From Utricularia gibba (lineage: Eukaryota; Plantae; Magnoliophyta): a stretch of DNA of 64,000 nucleotides. Under the pieces are notes generated by a model. The model was not told where the DNA came from, searched no databases, and worked only from the letters and a program-made list of their open reading frames with translations. Position 1 is the stretch's first letter. Each line of letters opens with the position of its first letter. The stretch is taken from positions 5,332,001 to 5,396,000 of the forward strand of contig NEEC01000004.1 in NCBI GenBank assembly GCA_002189035.1, written 5' to 3'. Both the position numbers and the translations under genes were made by a program. Of the stretch, positions 55,486 through 64,000 are shown in pieces.

Positions 55486-55614
55486 GTTAGAGCGCTGGCT
55501 CAGGCGGATCATCTCCGGCAAGAAAGCGCTGGAGCAGATTTCACGAATTCTCACAACTGGTCAGGCGGCGGCTGCGTAGGTGGTTTCAGTGATTACATTC
55601 AAAGCGCTCAGGCT
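55486..55614 (+). pseudogene. Decayed fragment of a TGA/DOG1-domain C-terminus
   Basis: Translates as VRALAQADHLRQE(+1)ALEQISRILTTGQAAAA*VV(fs)SDYIQ. It aligns to VRVLSQADHLRQETLQQISKILTTRQTARGLLVLGDYIQ in the intact gene at about 57459-57570. Confidence 0.85.
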
Positions 55615-56158
55615 TTTTCTTTTTTTCGGCATCGAAAGCAGTAATTATATTAAAAAAAATCGTTATTTCTTAAAAAAACATGAATAAAGTATGACCCTCG
55701 AAAATTCAATATCTTATTCAATATATATTTAAAAAAATCTCGTTTTTATTTATTGAGTAGAAAAAAAAATTAAACCTATTGGGTAGTTTTTTGTGTGGAT
55801 ATTCGTGTCGGTTGGGGCATTTTAGAGCATTTTTAGATAGTTTTTATGTTTTATTTTGGTCTTTAGTTGCGACTGTAATTAAGAACTCACTGATCCATGG
55901 GCGGAAGATGATAAGTCGCCAACTTGTGACTTGGGGACTGAGCAAGCTGCTTCCTTTCGTTGTTTTTCTAGTTAAGCTGAGAGGTAGTGCCCATCATTGT
56001 TTTTGTGCAAACATATCGAGTTCCGGAGTTGCAGGCGAAGACTAGGGAAGGAGTGGTTGGAAATGCTCTGTTCTGGCCCTCACTGTTTACAAGCTGTCTG
56101 TTTGCAAATGAAAACTACTGACAAATGAAGTGGTTTTCCTGCCTCCAGTACCCTGTTC

Positions 56159-57631
56159 ATGTTTTGTTTAATACCCAGTCGGTCCTTCTCTCAAGCTGAA
56201 TCTCTATCCATGAAATCTCAGTGTGGGGGCGATGATTTCAAATCTGGGATTTTTAATTCGTCGCCTCTCCCAATGGAGTTAGATTCAAGATCAGATAACC
56301 AGGTGAATGAATCTGTGTAGTATACTTTCTTTCAGTTCATTCTGCAGCAATTCTTCTTCTTCTGGGAAGTTGACTCTTTCTGGGTGTCCTTCTAGTCAAA
56401 TGACGTTTCACATAGCAAGGATAAGCAGCATACAGCGAAGCCTGAAAAGGTGAAGTATCTGAAGCGATTCCATCTTCTTCATAGCAAATTTGTTGAGACC
56501 GCTTAAATGAAGATGCAGGTGCTGAAAAGGCTGGCGCAGAACCGTGAAGCTGCGCGCAAATGCCGCCTGCGTAAAAAGGTCCCACTCTCAAGTTACCACT
56601 CAGTAGATGTGGGTTAGGGCATCTTCGATGTCTGTGTTGAATTGCAGGCTTATGTTCAAGAGTTGGAGAGCAGTATGAAGAGATTGATTCAGTTACAACA
56701 AGAGCTAGATACAGCTGAACAACAGGTGAAATTTGAAACAATATGCGGTAGTTCATATGAAGCAGCCCATGAATCTGTGAGCTTCTTGTGGTGCAGGGGT
56801 GTGGTTCTTTGGAAGTGTATCAGCAGATACCTTACACGGGAAGCAGTTACGTTTTTCGCTTTCGCTTTCGCTTTCGATTGTATTGTATTTAACTTTCAGC
56901 AGCAATTGGGGTTTTTGTTGCATAGATTTTGCTGCATTTGAAACGGAATACGGGCGATGGTTGGAGGAGCAGAACAAAAGAACATCTGATCTGAGAAACG
57001 CTCTGTTTTTGGACATTGGAGATGAGGAACTTGGAGTTCTTGTGGAGAACGCAATGAAGCATTACCTTGATCTCTTCTCCATGAAAGCTTCCGCCGCCAA
57101 AGCCGATGCTTTGTACATCATGTTGGGGATGTGGAGAACTTCAGTCGAACGCTTTTTCTTCTGGATCGGAGGTTTCAGGCCTTCACTCATCCTAAAGGTT
57201 GCCGCTTTTCTCTCTTCACATCGTTTTCCTTCGAATTTTCCAAGTGTTTGTGGACTTGATAATGCGCGTAGGTGTTGTCGCCCCAACTCGAGCCCCTCCT
57301 TGAGGAACAAAGATTCGATATTTCTTGTCTGAGACAATCATGCTACCAAGCAGAAGATGCACTATCAAAAGGAATGGATAAATTGCGCCAAATGGTGGCA
57401 GATACCGTCTCCGGAGGCTGGGAAATAAACGCCGCCGTGGAGAGGATGGAGGGTCTGGTTCGAGTGCTGTCTCAGGCGGATCACCTCCGCCAAGAAACGC
57501 TGCAGCAGATCTCGAAAATCCTCACAACTCGCCAAACCGCAAGAGGGCTGCTGGTGTTGGGCGATTACATTCAGCGCATTCAGTGCCTGAGTTTGCTGTG
57601 GTCTACGACCCAAGGAACTGGTTTTTGGTAG
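56159..57631 (+). CDS. TGA: TGA-class (group D) bZIP transcription factor, divergent TGA1/4-like
   Basis: KVLKRLAQNREAARKCRLRKKAYVQELE bZIP and DOG1 domain (FETEYGRW...GMWRTSVERFFFWIGGFRPS...QADHLRQETL). The start codon is uncertain. Confidence 0.9.
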
Positions 57632-58831
57632 CGTTCCAGAGCTCATCTTCCTTCCTTAGATTCTGTAATAGTTTGACTGTTGTTCGTCAATAAAAATAAG
57701 TTTCAAATTCGGGCACAGCAAAGCACCTTTGTCTGGAAGCTCCAAGTACGAGACATTAGCACCGACTAGTGATCTGTGCATCACATCATCCACGATCTCT
57801 ACCTCTCCTATACAACCCAGATGACGCCCATAGAGTTGTACGGATCATCCACTTTTGCTGCTGTCGGTTCCCTTCCCGAGGTAAAAAAATAAAAAGAAAA
57901 CCGACATGGGCCAATACATGCACATTTTTAGTATCATTAAGATATGTCACGTGTGTCATAAAGCGGTTGACAGGAGAGATCCCGGTGACGTCACATTTCT
58001 ATTTTTTTTATTGTCATATTAATTTGTTATGATGGCCCAATGGATAGAGCACGCAGGCCCTATTATAATTTGCGTGGCCCAGCCCAGCCCAAATTGAATT
58101 CAGTTGAACTGCTCAACGACCTCCCCCTTGATCGACTTGACTAATTTCTTCCATGGTTCAAACGTAGTGGCTGTGGACTACTACATCTACCAAGCACTAC
58201 CCCTGTTAGTTCAACTAACGTGTGATCCCAAAGTCTCAACCAATTTGATCATTCGAAATACGAATGATCGAAAATTGATTATACTGTAAGAGTGTGTTTA
58301 GTAGAATAGTAATTATCTATTAAAATCATTTATTTTTATATAAATACATATCATATGATTATAATCGAATTCTATTTCAAAACTTTTAATCTTTCATAAA
58401 TATATTAAAACTTATGAATGAGTAGCATTCCTAAATTTTTTGCACTTTTTGGAGTAAGATGGTATTTGATAATAAGATTACTTGTGAAGCGTTTTTTCAA
58501 AAACGTAATTTGTTCAAATTAATAGGAGAAAAAAGTTTTGGATTTATAGGAGTGTTTTACAAATGAGGGTATTTAGAGTGATGTACAAAGTTAGTAAGAA
58601 GGATTTGGGTATGAGTTGGTGCTAGGCTTTAAGGAGTGGAGGGACCAAAGATTCGGTGACAGATAAGCTACCAACCAGATTAATGAAGATGCAAGTCTAA
58701 CTTATTATGGAAAGAAATCCTCGCCTCACTCCATCTCTTCCTTTATATATATCACCTCCCCCTTCAAGACAGAAAGCAAAGCTTGTGTGCACTTGATCTT
58801 TCAGGGATCATTCCTTCATTCATTCCAAGGG

Positions 58832-60426
58832 ATGGGGATGGACAGCTTCCAGATCCTTGCCTGTGCCCTGCTGCTCTGTGCTTTCTTCTTGTGGTGTTTG
58901 ATCAGCACGGATGGGGAGCCGTGGGACTGGTTTTTCTTGGGGAATCTCCCGAGCTTGCTGCGCCACGTTCACCGTGTTCATGATCGGTGTGCTTGGGTTA
59001 TGGAGAAGGTTGGAGGGACTTTTGAGTTGAAGGGGCCATGGTTCATGGACATGGATCTGCTGGCCACTGCCGATCCGGCGAATGTTCACTTTATCATGTC
59101 TGAGAACTTTGTTAATTTTCCTAAAGGAGGTGAGTTTAAGAAGATTTTCGATGTGTTGGGAGATGGGATTTTCAACTCCGATGGGGAGGCATGGCGGAGC
59201 CAGAGGAAACAGGCCAGAATCTTGATTACTCACGATCGTTTTCGCCGGTTCTTGGTGGGAACCAGCGCTTCAAAAGTGGAAAAAGGTTGATATGGTGCCT
59301 ACTGTAATTTGACTTTATGGTTCTTTTCTTTCTTTTTTTTCACTGGACTACTGAACTCTGCTCCGCAGGTCTTGTTCCGGTGCTTGATATGGTAGCTGAA
59401 AAGGGGGTGGTGATCGACTTGCAAGATATTTTCCAGAGGTTTACTTTCGACACGACGTGTATATTGGTGACAGGGTATGATCCAGGGTGCCTCTCCCTGG
59501 ATCTCCCCGATGTTCCCTTCTCCGCCGCCATGGATGCGGCGGAGGAAGCTATATTCGTACGCCATATCTTCCCGGAAATTCTATGGAAGGTCGGGAAGTT
59601 CATTGGAATCGGCCCCGAACAGAAGCTGAAAAAAGCACGCTCTGTTCTGGACGGTGTGATCAACCATTACATCACCCTGAAGCGCCAGGAACTCTCCAGC
59701 TCCACTGAAAATGGCGATCAGGGAGTTGATTTGTTAACCTCCTACATCAAAGGAGAAGAATCCATCGACCCCGTCAAAGACGACGAGTTCCTCAGAGACA
59801 CCATCCTCAATTTCATGATCGCTGGCCGTGACACTACCAGCTCTGCCTTGACATGGTTTATCTGGCTGGTTTCCACGCACCCGGAGATAGAAAGCAAAAT
59901 CAGGGAAGAACTAAACTCCATCATCCCAGCAAGCGAATCCCAAAAACGTAGGCTTTTCAAACCAGAAGAGCTCCAAAACCTCACGTACCTACACAGCGCC
60001 CTCTGTGAATCCTTGAGACTCTACCCGCCAGTCCCTTTTCAACACAAGTCCCCTGTGGAGCCCGTGGTTCTCCCCAGTGGGCACCGAGTTCATCCCAAGA
60101 TGAAGGTGATGTTTTCGATATATTCCATGGGAAGAATGGATTGCATCTGGGGTAAAGACTCAAAGGATTTCAAACCAGAGCGATGGATCACCGACAGGGG
60201 AACCATCAAATACGAGCCTTCTTACAAGTTCATGGCGTTCAATGCCGGACCCAGAACTTGCCTTGGCAAAGAAGTGGCGTTCACACAGCTGAAAACCGTA
60301 GCCGCTGCGATTCTTCACAACTATCAAATTGAGATGGTGAAGGGACATGATGTGAGCCCCAACGTTTCCGTCATCCTGTACATGAAACATGGGCTGAAGG
60401 TTAGGGTAACCAAGAGATGGAGTTAA
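58832..60426 (+). CDS. CYP96A: Cytochrome P450, CYP86 clan, CYP96A/alkane hydroxylase MAH1-like
   Basis: GIFNSDGEAW, I-helix AGRDTTSS, ESLRLYPP (ExxR), PERW and heme motif FNAGPRTCLG. One intron at 59286-59368. TATA-rich element near 58744. Confidence 0.9.
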
Positions 60427-61126
60427 GATTCATTCCCTTCGTGTCTGTGTGTGTGTGCGTGTGTGTTTTGCTGCATCCAGTCCATGTAATAATCCTTCCA
60501 CGAAGCCCCTGTACTACTACTGTATATCAGATAATGAAGGCCGAGGGGCACACACAAAATTGATAAAGGACGAGGAAAACTCCATGTTCGACTCCTCTAA
60601 CATCATGGAGAAGTTTTCATGCCAGGGACACGGACACGGACTCGGACACGATGATGATTCTGCATAATCACGTCGACCGCAGACATTAATTTCATGATGA
60701 AATTCTGGGACAGGTGCCGTGAGAAAATTAACATGCAACCAACTTATTTATATCGTTAACGACGTATAGGGTTGTCTGCGTTCCTAGGACACGAACGCAG
60801 ACTAATTTGTCCGTGTGGCCGAATAATGATATTCTTCTTCATGGCACCAGGTCGGCCCCTTCGCTTACATCCACATGCCATCGCTGTAATGATTCTCATG
60901 ATGTTACGGCAGATTTCATCAGAAACCGACACTTTTTTTTTTCCTTAGCTTTTTGGGCGAGTTTTAAAATTATTACAAGTGGGTTTTAATCATCTAACCG
61001 ATACTCTGAGCGTAATCTAACTGCTAACTGGACCAGCGACTTAAATGACTCCAGTTTAAGTAGCTAGTGGCTGCAGGGAACTGAGGACATTGTTGAAGAT
61101 ACACAAGAAGACTTCTGCCGACTGAT

Positions 61127-61348
61127 TGTTGGAAGTTAGTATGGTTATAGAATAATAGGTTGTTGTAACTGCTTGTAGCAGTTTTATGTTTTAGATAAGG
61201 ATGATGAATTACTATTTAATGTAGACAACTCTAAGGTGGTTTAATAGAAAATACATTTTCTGGAGCAAGTGTTGTTTTCGTTGCTCTTACTCTGGTTTTG
61301 AAGTATCTTGTTGTGTTCTTCTCTTCTGTTTTTACTCCTCATCCAACA
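61127..61348 (+). repeat. 5' LTR (222 bp) of the copia element
   Basis: 7-bp terminal inverted repeat TGTTGGA/TCCAACA, ending 3 nt before the PBS. The preceding CTGAT is the candidate target-site duplication. Confidence 0.8.
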
Positions 61349-61351
61349 TAT

Positions 61352-61364
61352 TGGTATCAGAGCC
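61352..61364 (+). promoter_or_regulatory. Primer-binding site complementary to the tRNA-iMet 3' end
   Basis: TGGTATCAGAGCC. Confidence 0.95.
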
Positions 61365-64000
61365 AACATGTCAAACAATGGTAGCTTTCCCGTTCCTTTG
61401 TTAACCAAGGAGAACTTTGATAATTGGAAAATTCGAATGCAAGCGCTTTTTGGAGCATATGAAGTCTTAGATGTAATCCAAACAGCCGTTCCGGTGACCT
61501 CTGATGCAGCAACGGTTAAGAGAGACAAGAAGGCCTTGTCTTTGATCTACCAAGCCTTGGATGAACGCTATTTTGAGAAGGTAGCAGGTGCAACAAGTGC
61601 AAAGGGGGCATGGGATGCCTTATCAGCCTCTTTTCAGGGGGTTGATAAAGTCAAAAAGGTTCGACTACAGACTCTGCGTGGTGAATTTGAAGCTCTTCGT
61701 CAAAATGCTGGTGAGAGCGTTGGAGACTATGTGATTCGTGTTCAAGGCATTGCCAATCAGATGAAACGTTTTGGAGAAGAACTAACTGATGTTAGATTAG
61801 TTGAAAAAGTTTTACGCTCCTTGGACCGCAAATATACCTTTGTGGCCGTAGCCATAGAGGAAGCCAATGATCTGGATGAGTTGTCATTAGATGAATTAAC
61901 TGGATCTCTTCAAGCATATGAGGCACGGTTGAAGAACGAGGATGATTCTGCATCTTCATCAAAGTTGTTGCAAGTGAAGGGGACTGAAGGTTCCAAAGGC
62001 GGTAAGAACAATTGGGATAACCGTGGTCGTGGTAGGGGACGTTGGTCCTATCGAGGGAGAGGTTCAGGGCGTTGGAATTCATCTAATGACGTGAAGGAGA
62101 ATGCCTCCTTTCATCAGAACAGAGGACGTGGGAATTGGCGCGGAAGAGGTGGTCATGGCAAGCAAAATGGGGGCATTGATTCTAAGAAAAATAAGGCTAA
62201 TGTAGAATGTTATACATGTCATAAGAAGGGCCATTACTCTTGGGAGTGTCATAATGCGGAAGAGCAGAATAATTTGCTTGTCGAACATACAGAGGAGACT
62301 ACTGAATCACCTATTTTATTGATGGCTAAAAACGTGTCCAACGATGATATTGCAAGTTGGTACCTAGATTCTGGAGCCAGTAATCATATGACTGGGCACA
62401 AGAGTTTGTTTTATACCCTTGAAGAAACGTATCGTGGCCTAGTTCATCTTGGAGATTCTACAAAGATCACTGTGAAGGGAAAAGGCGATGTTCTTTTTTC
62501 TCTAACGGATGGCAGTCATAAATTAATTTCAGATGTTTGGTATGTTCCTGGTTTACGGTATAATATCTTGAGTCTTGGCCAGTTGTTGGAAAAAGGCTTT
62601 ACAATGCTCTTAGAAAATCGACAGTTGCTGTTGATGGACATCAATAAGAAAGTCTTAGCATCCGTAAAGATGAAAGAAAACAGAATGTTTTCATTAGAGT
62701 GTAACTCTGTTTTCCCAACATGTCTGAAAATATGTTATAGGCAAGAAGCTTGGACATGGCACCTACGGTTTGGACATATTAATTTCCAAAATTTGAGGAA
62801 ACTTGGAAGCAACAAGATGGTCAAAGGTTTGCCTGTGATTTCACATCCAAACCAGATATGTGAAGGGTGTGTTCTTGGCAAACAAACTCGGACTGAAATT
62901 CCAAAGGTGACATGGTCGCGTGCTACAAAACCTTTAGAGTTAATCCATGGAGACGTATGTGGACCGATCAAACCTCCCACGATCGGTCACAACAATTATT
63001 TTCTCCTGTTTGTTGATGATTTCAGCAGGAAAATGTGGATTTATTTCATGAAGAATAAATCGGAAGTCTATGGACTCTTCAAGGAATTTTTGACGATGGT
63101 TGAAAAACAGAGCGGCTTATCAGTCAAGTGCTTAAGAACAGATCGAGGAGGTGAATTTACTCCTAACAGTTTCATTGATTTTTGCAAGTCACTTGGGATA
63201 CACAAGTCTCTGACCGCAGCTAAGACACCACAACAAAACGGTGTTGTTGAGAGGAGGAATCGCGTCATTCTTGATATGGTGAGATGCCTTCTGAAAACCA
63301 AACAGATGCCCAAGGAGTTTTGGGGTGATGCTGCTGCCACATCAGTTTATATTTTGAATCGAACCCCATCCCGAAGTGTAGTGGGAATGACGCCGCAAGA
63401 AGCATGGAATGGAATTAAACCATCAGTTTCTCATATGAGAATTTTCGGATCCATTGCCTATGTACACCAACCGGATGATGAACGCACGAAACTGGACGAC
63501 AAAGCTCAAAAAATGGTGTTTATTGGCTATGATCAGACCTCAAAGACTTATCGCTTATTTGATCCTAAACTGAAAAAGGTTCGCTTGAGTAGGGATGTCA
63601 CTTTTGATGAATCTTCAAGCTGGGACTGGAAGTCTCTTTCAGACAATGATCCTTCATATAAGTCTTTTGATTTTAATTGGGAAATAGAAGGACGAGAGCC
63701 ATTGATGGATGATGCTGAAGCCATTAATCATCCTATCTCTCATGAAGAAGAAACAGAGTCTCCTGTGGATACGAGAGTTGAAAATCCATCAGTGGTGAAT
63801 AGAGGTCATAGATCAAGGAGACTTCCAAGCCGTTTTACTGATTTTGCCGTTGATCTACCGCCCTCGTTGTTACCCGAGACGAGCCATGATCTGTTACGTG
63901 AGGTTCAGAACTTTTCTCATTTCTGTCTTTTTGTTGAGACAGAGCCTCTGGACTTCTTTGAAGCTGAAAAATCCCCTGATTGGCGTACTGCAATGGATGA

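Larger units (their letters stand above)
61127..64000 (+). mobile_element. Ty1/copia LTR retrotransposon: 5' LTR, PBS and gag-protease-integrase; runs off the window
   Basis: LTR TGTTGGA...TCCAACA and tRNA-iMet PBS. ORF from ATG 61368 with zinc knuckle CYTCHKKGHYSWEC, protease LDSGASNHMTG, WHLRFGH/CEGC and integrase D-D-E (HGDVCGP, RTDRGGEF, QQNGVVERRNR). Confidence 0.97.

Noticed and set aside
58033-58053. TGGCCCAATGGATAGAGCACG, resembling the tRNA-Arg D-arm / A-box
   Set aside because: No anticodon arm, T-arm or B-box follows. It is better explained as site II promoter sequence.

Overview
Plant (eudicot) nuclear DNA with very high gene density: about 23 protein-coding loci, two tRNA genes and the 5' half of a Ty1/copia retrotransposon in 64 kb. 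Most introns are about 70-110 nt and several intergenic gaps are under 300 bp. This suggests a miniature genome such as a bladderwort (Lentibulariaceae), which is inference and not a database match. Gene order: unknown protein (truncated by the window), GH17-X8 glucanase, BOU carrier, exostosin GT47, disrupted SKIP34-like gene, PIG-G, IMPACT/YigZ, CURT1D, 14-3-3, cyclin D, ATL RING-H2, histone H3.3, coiled-coil protein, unknown TM/coiled-coil protein, asparagine synthetase, tRNA-Arg(ACG), multi-TM protein, prephenate aminotransferase, SDH2-3, TPP, ascorbate oxidase, a second GH17-X8, tRNA-Val(CAC), a TGA relic plus a TGA bZIP gene, CYP96A-like P450, copia. The most interesting observations are DNA-repair and frameshift scars. 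(1) A 141/140-bp tandem duplication of the PIG-G 3' end is bridged by (TTTAGGG)3TTT telomeric filler. (2) Mutually compensating frameshift pairs occur in SKIP34 and TGA, and SKIP34 also has a 7-bp footprint-like insertion. (3) The TGA basic region reads KCR instead of KSR, and a decayed TGA duplicate lies just upstream. (4) The copia ORF is uninterrupted. Several single-base losses in G/C homopolymers break essential genes and are probably assembly errors. I did not find a convincing, wholly new multi-gene system.
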